This document shows, piece after piece, positions 50,301 through 61,877 of a stretch of 64,000 bases of DNA (positions are counted from its first letter, which is position 1; each line of letters begins with the position of its first letter). The DNA comes from Klebsormidium nitens (Eukaryota; Plantae; Klebsormidiophyceae). A program made the position numbers and the translations under genes. The stretch lies in NCBI GenBank assembly GCA_000708835.1, contig DF237420.1, forward strand, positions 9,662 through 73,661, read 5' to 3'. The notes under the pieces were generated by a model. It searched no databases. It was given only the letters and a program-made list of their open reading frames with translations, and had not been told where the DNA came from.

Positions 50301-51511
50301 TCTCGAGTTTTATTGATCCAACCTCACCGAAGGCTGCCAGTTGAACTCAACCCGGTGCTCGTATCTTCCCAGCAATTCCTCCTCCACCCAACAGTCCATT
50401 GACCGAATGACCTCCATTTGCTTGGCGGTCGTCGTGTGTGCAGGAGACGCGGCTTTAGGGGGCCGCTTCAGGCTGGGAGTACCGCTGGTACTAGCAGGAT
50501 CGCTTTCTTGCTTGGGGCTGATCTCCCTGCAAAGAGACGGGGAGCCTAGTCACCTTCTGCTGAGGCTTTCTCTGCTCCAATCGACTCCGACGTTTGTTCC
50601 CGACTGTTTCCTTCTGGCAGTGGGGCGTTACAAGCTGGGAGCGTTGCTGGCGGAAATTCCTCAAATTGTCTCCCTGCAGATAGACGGAGGTCTTTAAACT
50701 TGACCAGGATTGAGATTGACATGGCTCCAGATTGACCCCGGATTTCTGATCAGGCGTGACTGTTTCCTTCTTTGTGGGCATTCTTCCCTGTCGGCAAAGA
50801 AGCAGAGCTTAGTGAGCTTTTCAGCTGAGGCTTTCCGGACTCTGGTTTAACCCAACGCCTTTTCCATGCCCAACGTCTCCTTCTTGTGGTGCACGCTGGC
50901 AGAGTCGCTTTCTTATCTGGGACTGACCTCCCTGCAAATAATAGGACTGCTCAGTAAGCTTCGACTCGAGCTTTCTACGCTCTATAACGCTCCTTGACGC
51001 TCCGCTTGACAACAGATCTCGCCTCTCACTCACCAGAAGTGCATTACGACATGCCCACCGGACCCCTGACTTTGCACTCCACCTTTCAAAGGAGGAACAA
51101 TCCAACCCAATGAAAGCAGTCCACCTCCAAAGAAGATCAGGACCTATCCCTTGGCCATCATTTGCACGTTGCTTTTAAGTCACACCCAAAGCAGCGCTGA
51201 GCTTCCCCAGTAGATATCATCTGAGAGATGACTAGAGATTTAGTATCCCAGCTCAGAGATTCAGAACCCAACTAATGTTCTCATGCAAGGAGCCCAAAAA
51301 GAAGGAAACTATCGACGCACCGGGCAGGGGCTGTTATCGCAGTCACCGTAGCAGAGACATGCGGGCGGTGTCTCGTTCGCAGTGGGGCTGCCTGACAACC
51401 AGCGCCGGATGGAACCTTTCTGGAGCAGAAGACAAGATCCGCTGACTGAGCCGCAAGCTGCAGCAGGGTCCTTGGCAGGTGTGCTCGGCACGCACTCGTA
51501 GCTGACTCCAT
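44347..51511 (-). CDS. Plastid soluble acyl-ACP desaturase-family diiron enzyme, divergent paralog 2, about 432 aa, 7 exons
   Basis: Exons 51511-51321, 50526-50328, 49132-48927, 47869-47740, 47087-46906, 46198-46060, 44598-44347, 1299 nt in frame. Motifs [55 protein letters not shown]. Transit-peptide-like exon 1. Confidence 0.92.
44697..44783 (-). repeat. Near-perfect intronic copy of the first ~84 nt of the desaturase-2 last exon, with its own acceptor
   Basis: CAG|GTCGCCCAGCGG...TACTGGAAGGTGCGCGAG starting at 44780 duplicates the exon starting at 44598. Weaker copies lie near 44900-44940. Confidence 0.9.
47940..48500. repeat. Degenerate minisatellite (GAGCGGAAGCCAC-type unit, roughly 30 bp) in desaturase-2 intron 3
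   Basis: More than ten variants of (A)GAGCGGAAGCCAC on the + strand. Confidence 0.75.
49300..49720 (-). repeat. Four decayed copies of desaturase-2 exon-3 acceptor plus exon start
   Basis: CAG|GACCTGCTTCCGAGCTCCTCGGCGGAGGACTTTGTC copy at 49353 ends in an immediate TAG. Further copies at ~49483, ~49605 and ~49715 diverge more with distance. Confidence 0.88.
50527..50945 (-). repeat. Decayed copies of desaturase-2 exon-2 acceptor plus exon start
   Basis: CAG|GGAGAC... (~50674) and CAG|GGAGGTCAGTCCCAGATAAGAAAGCGAC (~50931) resemble the real CAG|GGAGATCAGCCCCAAGCAAGAAAGCGAT. Both have in-frame stops. Confidence 0.6.
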
Positions 51512-53536
51512 AGTGGGTGTGAATAGGCTCCCTTGCTAATTGGGAATGGCAGGTTTTACTGCTCGGGAAGGTTTTAACACCGAGATCTTTGGGGGTGGGG
51601 CTCAGCAGCAATCCCAACTATCTCTAAGCAAATCTTCCAACGGTTATTGTGAACCTATGAATTGCTTTGGAACCAGCTCAGATTAGGGGGATCCCCGCAG
51701 CACGAACCTGCAAAAAAGGGCGTTGTTTCAAGTTCTGAATTCCATTTCAAGCTGAATCGCATTCATCACTCAAGTGCCTCTTAGGCTGCCGGCTCATTAT
51801 GTTGAGGGAAATCGGTGCAAAGTCAGCTGAAAAAAGGTGCAAGGACCGGCCGTATTTGAGCCACTGCCATATATCCTTGATGTTGAGAAATCAGAACGCG
51901 TATCAATGTACGAAGATTGTCAGGTGTTGGGGCAATCAGGCTTTGAATCTGGAGCAAAAATGCCGGAATCAACTTGTATTCAGAAAGTTGCCTAGCTCCG
52001 GCCAATTTGGAGAAGACATCTTCTTTCACACCATAGCTGCCTGCATAGGCCACCTGCTTTTGTTCCAAAAGCAAAATTTCTGAGAGCACCTGAACAACGC
52101 TGTGATCGCTCGTCGATTGGTTTTTATTTGGTGTGCAGCTCTCATGCAAGAGAACCCAGATAGCCTAGCAAACCTGCATTGGAACATCCTCCGGGCTTGT
52201 CAATTCACCACAAAATCAGCATTGATTGGTTGATATCAAAATAACTGACCTCACTTCTTGCAACATCAACATAGCAATTCCAGTATATTGGTGGGGTGCA
52301 TTTTTCTTTGTTCTCTCAAGACTTTCTGAAAAGGGAGTGTAGCAGCGCACGCAAAGTGTCAGCCCAGAGGATGAGGGCCTGAGACACCTCACCACTTTGG
52401 CAGGAACTCTTGCTCGGTGCCGTCAATATCCAACCTCGCTGGTCCAATGGGTGGTTGGCTGCAAAACCAATGCGGCACATACCTACAGCTGTGCAGAGGT
52501 TATTCCAATGTGTTACAAGTCAATAGCTCTGTTTCACGTTCTCTTTGTCCGGAAATGGCTGTTTCTTGCGAGAGTCTGATCATAAATGGCTGGAGAGGGC
52601 TTGAGAAAGCGGCAGTTGCGGCCAAACCCTGGAAAATGGAGGTATTGAAAGACCATCCGCCAGTGATGCATCATGGGGGCAGGAATCAGGATGCATAGAA
52701 AGAAAATCTTCCGAGCTGGTACGTACTCCAGCAGTGGAATGCGCGAAACCCGTGTACCGGTCGGTACGTATTTGCCCTGTATTCGATGGGTTTAGCGATT
52801 GGGGTTTGCGTAAACGGAGATGGACATCCATAGCTTATGTCGGAGGATCGAGTACCCGGCCTCGAATATTGACAGCCAGAACCGGGAAGAACATATAGCG
52901 TATGGATCAGGGTCTGCCCCTGCATGTTGACATCACCATTGACGGACTGAACGGCCCAAGCGGTACCTAGTTCAATCATCAATGACATAGGTAGGTACGG
53001 CGGAACATCCAATCAATTTGCAGACGCAGACGCAGAACTCTATGACGTACGGTACCTATTTATTCGTGATGTGATTGGTCGTATGTTTGGCCGAGGCGCC
53101 TTTCGGCCGCGGAACCATGGCCCATGGCGTCAGCAGACTCACAGCACTGACGACGTTCGCTTGTGATTGCACAATGCATCCAGTCACCAATGTGAAAGCG
53201 CCGGCCTATACTGCTGCGGCGCAACTTAAATACTGCAAGCGGACCAGCTGCAGGAAGGTTGATTTCTTTGCCGCCTCATAATACCTAAGTTGATAGTCAC
53301 TCACGCTGAGGCGGACAGCTGGAAAGCAACCTTCCGATTTGATCAACTTGCGAGGAATAGGACTCAAGTTTCTACACCTTACTTGGTCTCGTGCAAGACG
53401 CAGCATCCTGGGTGTCCTGTTTCTGATCATATTGCAACAGTGCAATATCTTGATACCGGTGTCGTTTATCTTCGCCGCTCTTTCCCCTGAAGCTCAGCAT
53501 TGGTCCAATCAAATCGGTGCACCGGGCAAACCCCAA

Positions 53537-56500
53537 ATGGATCAGGCTACGATGTCGATGCGCTTCCCTCACAGCTTGTCGCGCTACGATCTTCTTCACA
53601 GCTCCTCATGGAGCCCTACAGCAGACCAAGTTATCTCAGCCATCCGCTCCCATTGGCTGAGCTTCTCCTTTCTCGCCACTCTAGTTGCGCTGCTTCTCCA
53701 TGCGTATCTCACCTTCTTTCACCGTCCGCTGCGCCTGATCAGACACTTTCAGAAGCAGGGGATACGGGGACCACCCTTTCGGCCAATATTGGGGCACATG
53801 CCGGAAGTGCTGGCTGGAATCAAAGAGACGGCGCAGACGGGGGTGGTGTTTCCCAACCTGCTCAAGTGGCGGGAGATGTATGGTGAGTCTTGCAGCTGAT
53901 TGATAGTGTTTGAATGAAGCAGCTGCACTTGTTTCTGTAGCTGGCTTATAGTTTGTTCCTCATCAGTATCAGAGGCAGAGGCCCAAGACGGCAGGACATA
54001 CACCCCTATGCGAGGAGTTGCCTTTTGCCTCTAAGCCAGAAGGCAGCTGAGATCTGAGCAACATGGCATCCCAGAAAATGCACGAAAGCGACTCCGAGGA
54101 TTTCCGTTATATTGAACATACATCAGTCACAGAGAGTGGTGGGATTTCTATAGTAAGAGCTCATTTCAGCAGAGTTTTAGTTCAGTACACCAAGCGCTGA
54201 TGTAGGCCACTGCAAATTGCTTGGAGTGACAGGGGCAGCTAGCAAGGGACTTTTCCAGTTGGGGAGGACGTTTGCCCCTTTGGCTGGCTGCCAATCGATA
54301 CGAGGAACAAGTCTGCAAGCACTCAGCAGACTTGTCTACAAGCACTCTCGTGCTGTGCTAATGAATGTGTAGTTTTGCAGCCCGTGGATGATTATCAGTG
54401 TTTTGGCATGGCCGTGTCTTGTCTGCAGACAGCGCGCCCCAAGCATACCCCCAATCTAAACTGCCGAATATATTCTTCTGTTGTACAGACATCTGCTTGG
54501 TCAACAACCTATCGTCTGTGATTTGCCCAGAGAAAGCATCATACGCTGGAAAATCATAAGTTATAGGTGCCCGACTGATGTGGCATGTCTTCTGGCTCCT
54601 CGTAGGCCAACAGCACCGATTTACGCATTGCCATCGCACACTCTGGGCTGAAATGCCGATCCACTTCCTCCACATTTCTCCCCCATTTTCACAACCTATA
54701 CCTTAGACTTCGATCCACCTCCAAATCAGACCCAGCTCGACTTTGTTCAAGCGAAGGTTGGAGACCTGCTCTGTGGGCACTCTAACCTTCCAGTGCTATC
54801 TAAATCCCCGAATTGGGCTACTCATCGACCCATATCTTAACCTATTTCTACAGGAGTTACCTGTTCCTTCAATCTAGATGCCCCCCTACTTCAGGCGACG
54901 TATTGTATTGACAGATGACCACCCACTTGCTCTCCTCTACTGTGAGCTCCAAGCAAACTTGATTTTCAACTGCAACCACCCCCTGACTTTAAAGATTTTT
55001 TCCATGAGCCGGTTCCCTGTCTTGGATCCTTAACCAGAAACACTAACCCACGGTTTATCTTCTGCAGGTGACGTGTTCTACTATCTAATGGGCACCCAAG
55101 TTCGCCTCGCTATCATGACCCCGGAGCTGGGTCACAAGATCCAAACCGCGACTAGCGGCCCAAAAGGCACATTCCAAAAAGACGCGCACACCCGCCAAGC
55201 GTATGAGCCGCTCCTGGGCAGCTACGGCCTCGTTCTGGCGGCCAATGACGTCTGGGCACGTCAGCGGAAGCTAGCCAACCCGATGTTCTACCATTCCAAA
55301 ATTAAGGTAAGGGTTCGCATCGACCGAAAAGCTGCAAAAAGCTCTCCAGATTCTTGAGCCAATCAAGTGGTCCAACAGATTCACGTGGTTAGAAAGGTAC
55401 CAACCAAATCAGTCTTTCGGCGTGAGAAGTATCGGACCTCCTCCTTGGCGGTACTACAAAGTCGACGCTGGGGCCCAAGTAGGTTTTCGGTCGACGCGCC
55501 CCTTAAGGGAAAAAACAATCCATTGTGCAATACAGCTCCTGTTCATATCTGAAGTGGCCGGGTTCGTGGTTTGAAAGACGGATATGAAACTTATGCCAGA
55601 CGATCAGCGAAAGTGCATCAGAGCTTTTCCGCCGCCTTGTATGCTGTAAGGACGGTTGGCATCCTTCGTGCCTCTTTGTGTCAACTCTTAATCAGATTTA
55701 GGGAGCTGTCAAAACATGTCAGGCAAGTAATTACAAGTGAGAACGAGACATGAAAAGTCCTGAGGCAATCTCGTTCGATCTCTTGAGAGATTGCTCAGTG
55801 ACCGATGAGTTTCGCTTCTCTGACGGGTCTACTTTGTGCAATCTTGTTCATGGTCAGCTTGCCTTCCCAGGTCAGGAAACTCTGCCGCCAACGCCTTTGC
55901 AACGCCTTGCAAACCCCAAGTTCGGGTCCGCTCCGATACTCTTTTCCGAAGAAAGCAGCATTGAAAGAGCTGGTCAAAGAGTAAAGCAGACAGTCACGGT
56001 TCGCCCCTGAATCACGCTTGATCAGGGCTTGCGTATCACACCCGAACCAATCCTTGTGTCGTAATTCCGCGACCGATCCGCGTTTGCTCAACCGAATGTT
56101 CTTCACACTATTTTCTCCGTAGGACTTGTTTTGGCTCATGGCTGCCGGGTTTTGACACACGAAACTCATCGTACGCAGGGATACGAAGCCAACAGCAGAC
56201 TGTGTTTCCTTGTCAACGAAGCAGCCACCTTTAATTTCCTTTCGAAGGGACATGCGCGAAAAGCTGTCCAGCTCTTTAAAAGGTAGACCCGCGAGACAAT
56301 CTAACAATAATGAAAATCTACCTCGTTTCCGCAGGATATGTTCCCAATCATGGCGGAGTGCTCGCAGGAGCTCATCCGAAAGTGGGGCGACAAGATTGAC
56401 ACAGCGGGGGGCGGGAAGGTCGAGATCGAAGTTTGGGCCGAGTTTGGCGCCTTGGCACGTGACATTTTGTGCGGAGCCGTTTTCGGGGATCCCCGAGGTG

Positions 56501-59500
56501 CGACGGCGGCTTATACCGGCCAGGATATTTATGGAGATTTCGGGCAGCTTATGAAGGACATGATCGCGCAACTGCTGAGCTTGGGACCGAAGCTGATTCC
56601 GGGGTTCAAGTGAGCAGGTTTTATTTTGGAAAGCACGCTGGCTTTCCAGAGAGTGACCGCGAGTCTTTGAGGTGGACGCGAAGATCGTGGAGACAGCAGG
56701 TTACGGGGCATCTTAATCTGGAAAGAACGCTCGCTTTCCAGAGACTGACCGCGAGTCTTTCAAGAGATTCCAGTGGTACGTCGGACTTAATTTGCCCTGT
56801 CGCTTGGTATAATCGTCGATCTTTGCGCCTATCTGTCTGGGATGCGAAATTCATGAATACCCCCACGTTTGTCGTGTAGCCAAGCTATCTTTGGAACCAC
56901 TGCACTTCCGTTTTCGGGCTCTTGATACCTCAAAATGGGAACCTCTGTTCTAAAACTCTGTCGGATGTCAGACTCTATTGTCAGACCTCAGACCTCACGA
57001 AAGTCCTGCGTCTTTTGCCGTCTCGTAGCGCTCAGTGCGCGGTTGAGGCAGAGATACTTCTGTCGAGATGAGGCGTTCCTAGTCTCCTTTTTGGCGTGTC
57101 GCTGAAAGCTGTGTTTACTAAAAGAGCACATTCCGATGACGTAAACGGCTACTTTTATTTACAGCTTTCCCGCGGAGCTTGTCAAATCCCCCTGGAATCA
57201 CGACGTAAACTGACTCCCTTCTTCAGCTTTTTCTGATGGTCGTGATTCCCTGATCATCGGGAACGCCGTCCACAATCCAGACACCACCTCACTTCTATTA
57301 CAACTCCTCAGGTACACTCCGACGGAACGTAACCGCCGGATCGCGGCCCTCTCCGCGCGCGTCCACGACATGCTGAACAACAACACCTAAACTGACGGAT
57401 GGAAAGCGTTTTCGCTAGCGCATGAGTACCTTTCACCCGTCCTAGACCCGATTTTTTTCGTTTCCAGGTACATTGGGACGGAACGGCATCGCCGGATCGC
57501 GGCTCTTCGCGCGCGCGTTCACGGCATGCTGAACAACAAGACTTCAATTGGCTTATGGAAAGCGTTCCGCCAGCGATCGAGGACCCTTTCAACCATCTTT
57601 CAAATCCAAAAATCTCCTCGAAAGTCAGGTAACATTCCGACGGGACGGAACCGGCGGATCGCGGCCCTCCGCGCGTGCGTCCACGCCTTGCTGAACAGCA
57701 TCATTGAAGTGGCGCCTGGAAAGCGTGCCGCCAGCGAGCAACAACCGTATGTGCTCCTTTTTCCCGTTTCCGATCCGTCTTTACTTGTATTCAGGTACAT
57801 TCCGACGGAACGGAATCGGCGGATCGCTGCCCTGCGCGCGCGCGTCCACGGCATGCTAAACAGCATCATTGAAAATCGGCGCCAGGCGGGCGCGAAGGCG
57901 GCCGCGGCGCACGACGGCCACGCCGAGTACGGGGACGACCTTTTGGGGCGACTCCTGGCTGCCACCGACGAAGAAGGTGCGCACCATTGTCTTTTAGTTC
58001 TCTTCTCTACTTCGTGTTTGATTGGTAATGCCAGAACCACCTTTTGGGGCGACTCCTGGCCGCTACCGACGAAAAAGGTGCGTTCTCTATCCTTTTTCTC
58101 CACACTCTAGTTCTCCTTTTCGGGCGTCTTTGGCCGCTGCCGACGAAGAAGGTGCGCTCCGTCCTTCCTTTTTCCCTTTCCTCGCGTTCTCCTCTTGCTG
58201 GCGCGACCTCTAGGAGCGGCTTTTGGCTGCTACCGATGAAAACAGTGCGCCCGTGGATTCGCTTTTCCCCTCCTCCAATTCATTTCGTGACATTAATCTT
58301 ATCTCCTAATTTGGGTGGGTGCGTTTTGAGTGACCTTGGAAGGCGTCCGTCTGAGCTTCTCTAAAACCAGAAAGACGTTTCTGTCCCGACTCAATTCGGC
58401 GGGGATCTTCGAGTGCATGACATTCCCTTCAAATATCATCTCCTTGCTGATTCGCCATTCCTAGACAGTCAACAGTCTCGTTTCTCCCTCGTCTCGGCAG
58501 CGGCGTACTGCTTTCATTGTGAATACTTCGCGAAACGTTGCACTCACTTTCTGCAGCTAGTTAATTTACTATGCCTCCTACCCTCGCGGCAGGGTGCTCG
58601 TCCTCAGAGGAGCTCTCCTGTCGCCTTCTGCTTCTTTCAACTCCCGATCGTTTCGCGGCCGAAGTCTCCTCCAGTCACGCAAGCTTACGAGCGTGGAAAT
58701 GAAGGTTTTGTGCTGATCTTCAAGAGCTACAGACACTTCGCCCTTTGTACATATCATGCATTGATGCTCAATAGCGCAAGCCTTTGTTTTCCAGCGGGCC
58801 GCAAGCGTACGAGTCGCCCCGAAACATGTTTCTCCGTATTCTTAAACGCTGCCCGGATTCCCTGTCGCGTGAGAGCTTCTCTCGCCTCTCCAGGTAAACT
58901 GTCGAGCGCAGAGCTGAAGGACCAGTGCAAAACGTTCTTCTTCGCGGAGTGGAGCTCAACCGCCTCGCATCAGAGACGCGTTTAAAGTCGGCACATTCTG
59001 CAACCCAAAGCTCTCCTTTTCACGCAAGCTGTCGAGCGTGGAGCTGATAACCCAGTGCAATTTGCTCATCTTCGCGGGCAGCGGTTCAACCGCCTTCACA
59101 TCAGAGATGTCTCTTCATTTGATATTGCCCAGTCGCCTAGCCCTATCAAAATAAACAGAGCGGCAACGACGTAAAACGTTGAAATTATGTTGTAAACTTT
59201 GAGCTCTCCTTTTCAGGCACGCTGTTGAGCGTTGAACTGATGGACCAGTGCAAATCGTTCTTCTTCGCTAAACGACGATCACCTTGCTTCATGTTTTGAC
59301 TTCCTTAAGTGTTGCTCATAAGCCTATACACCTACTTTAAGAGACTTCAATTTTCCTTTTCAGGCAAGCTGTCGAGCGTCGAATTGATGGACCAGTGCAA
59401 GACGTTCTTCTTCGCGGGCCACGAGACGACTGCCACGGCAATGGCCTGGTCGCTCGCGCTGCTCGCGCAGCATCCCGAGTGGCAGGACCGGGCCCGAGCC

Positions 59501-60683
59501 GAGATCCGTTCAGTTTGCGGCAAAAATGCGCCGGACTTGAGTATGCTCGCGGAACTGAAAGTGGTAAGATGGATTGCCCGCGGTTCGATCCGCGTATGTT
59601 TTGTTAGTTGTTTTTTTCCACTTCGAAAGAAAGCAGAAGGTGTTTGAGCTTGTTGGCCAAGCTTGTTGGCCGGAATCTACTGTTGTCGGGGGCGTACCCG
59701 GGCACGTGCCACGGTCTGATCTGCGTTCGGCAGAGCTCCGCCGGACTTGAGCACGCTGGCGAATTTGAAAGTGGTCGGTTGGATCGCCCACCGGGCTTTT
59801 CTGCATCGATGCATTCACTATGCGTTTTCTAGACATTTTTTTTTCTCTTAAACTTCTGGAGCCTGGAGCCCCTGCCGTGCTGCCGGCGCGCCAACCCGGG
59901 TTGGCAGAATGGGGCGTGTGACGAGATCCGAACGGTTTTCGGGAGACGGAAAGTCTTTCCGGCATGGCTGCATATTGCACAACGAAACCTTCCGAGACGC
60001 TTCATTTTTCTTGTCCCTTGGAGCTTTGCTCAAGTGCGTTGTCGCTCGTTAGAGCCTCTCCGATAAGCGTGCTCCTGAATCTTTGCAAATATCTCCTCCT
60101 TTCAACGGCTGCAATCACATATCTGTGTAGTCTCGGTACATCACTCGCTTTCTCGGTTCGAAGAAACGATTGAGACCGTTTGAGCATCATTAACGCCCAG
60201 ACATCCTTTGCAAGCTGTCATTTCCTCCCGCAGGTGAACATAATCTTCTCCGAAACCCTGCGCCTCTTCCCGCCCCTCTTCCTCGCCTCCCGCCAAACCG
60301 TAACCCCCACCACACTCGACGGAGTCCACATCCCAAAAGACCCCAACCTAGTTGTCGTTCTTCCGGTGGTCAATTACCACCGGGATCCGGCCGTCTGGGG
60401 CGACGACGCTGCGGAATTCCGGCCGGAGCGCTTTGCCGACGGTGTGAACAAGGCGGGTGTTAATGAGGACGAGCTCGCGGCCGCGCGCGCGTACATGCCG
60501 TTCACGGCTGGGCCGCGCACGTGCATCGGGCAGGGGTTTGCGCTGCAGGAGGGAAAGCTGGTGCTCGCGACGTTGCTGCAAAACTTCTCGTTCTCGTTTG
60601 CGCCGGGGTATAAGCACTCAGTAAACGTAGGCGTGACGCTTACGCCGAAGTACGGTGTGCCAATGATAGTGGAGCGGGTCTGA
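53537..60683 (+). CDS. Cytochrome P450, CYP72 clan, about 563 aa, 6 exons
   Basis: Exons 53537-53882 (start could be 53552 or 53558), 55068-55306, 56335-56609, 57795-57976, 59364-59563, 60234-60683, all in frame. N-terminal TM followed by RPLRL..HFQKQGIRGPPFRP..G, WARQRKLANP.F, CKTFFFAGHETT, ETLR, PERF and heme motif FTAGPRTCIG. Confidence 0.96.
57308..58250 (+). repeat. Echo copies on both sides of P450 exon 4
   Basis: Acceptor-plus-exon copies start at 57312, 57468 and 57629 (real 57795; spacing 156, 161, 166). 3'-end-plus-donor copies at ~58035-58083, ~58120-58160 and ~58205-58250. Confidence 0.92.
58890..59780 (+). repeat. Echo copies around P450 exon 5
   Basis: AAGCTGTCGAGCG..GA.CTGA..GACCAGTGCAA.AC.TTCTTCTTCGC copies at ~58894, ~59024 and ~59217 (real 59364). 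Donor-side copy CCGGACTTGAGCACGCTGGCGAATTTGAAAGTGGT at ~59740-59776. Confidence 0.9.
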
Positions 60684-61877
60684 TCAGCAGCTTGACTTTG
60701 ATCTTGCTGAATATAGGAGCAGCGGTTGTTGCACCAGCTAGCGCCGTTTATAACATTACCACACGTAAAGACGGTGGGCCCGGAGTTGCTGGGCATTCGA
60801 GACTCGAGACACCTTTCCACGTAAACGCCTTTTAAGAAAACGTGTGTTGAGCCAATCAATGTGGTTACTAGACCAATGGGTACGACATGTTGTAAAAGAG
60901 AACATCTAGAAATTAATCATTTCTGTATAAACATCGTCAGAATTTTGAAGCCTGAATATGGTCCTAGAGGTCAGCCAGAGTCCAGTTATTGACGCCAGCT
61001 GAAGCTTAATAAACGTGCTTGGAGAAGACTACTTTGCATGCTGATCATCCAATTGCAAGGCTAGGGTCGCAGAGTTTGAGTTTATTCAAACTATGGCATG
61101 CAGTATGGGCGGTGCCAGGCCTGCTGAGAGTATAGCAGATTACCAGCCGGGCTGCCGGTGTAGATTGAGGGAAGTTGTGCGTCACAGTTGAAAGGTCCAA
61201 CCTGGCAGGCGTACTAAAGTATCAATGTGGTGTGCATGATATCAACGTTCATCAGCGCATGGGGTCCGCTGCAGCTTGCAGCCATGCCCCAGCCATGCCG
61301 CCTTAAGCATGTACTTCTACATATGCCAGCAAGAATTGCACGGCCAGACCTGCCAATTCTTGGCTATCGAGGGATATGCATTAAGCATGTGAACGCACCC
61401 TGCTAAGTGTATGTCATGCCAGGCATGCGCAATTAAGGTTATAAACGAACCGTTCAACCAACTTGGCAAATCAGAAATGAAGGAGACCTGACAATGGCAG
61501 TTCGAAGTAGTCAGCAGTTGCCTGAGACTCAAAGTGCCATGGTGGCCTCATGCTTGCAGTATACTTGAAATCGTGAGTCAACATGAAAGACGTTAAGACT
61601 AGAGGCTTCGGGTTGGTCCACCTCCATCCTGAAACTTTATGGGGAGCTCACTGAGGCATGCATGTTACAAAAGGACAATCAATCATCGTAGCATTGCAGT
61701 ATTGCAATACGCGAATGGCAGACTCAGAGCCGTATGATATGATGATGCGGGCCGTTCTTCAGCTTGCAGATTGCCAAATGCTCAATTCAAGATCACCATT
61801 GACGGTCGGCTAGTAACTAATTCAATTTGTCATGGGTTAACCAGAGTTGGCTGGACAAACTTCAATTCCTCCCCCAA

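Noticed and set aside
55795-56571. 258-aa minus-strand ORF
   Set aside because: Antisense to P450 exon 3 and intron, with no recognisable motifs.
9375-59780. Exon-edge repeats as CRISPR-like arrays
   Set aside because: Eukaryotic context, repeats are diverged copies of adjacent exons, and no cas genes are present.
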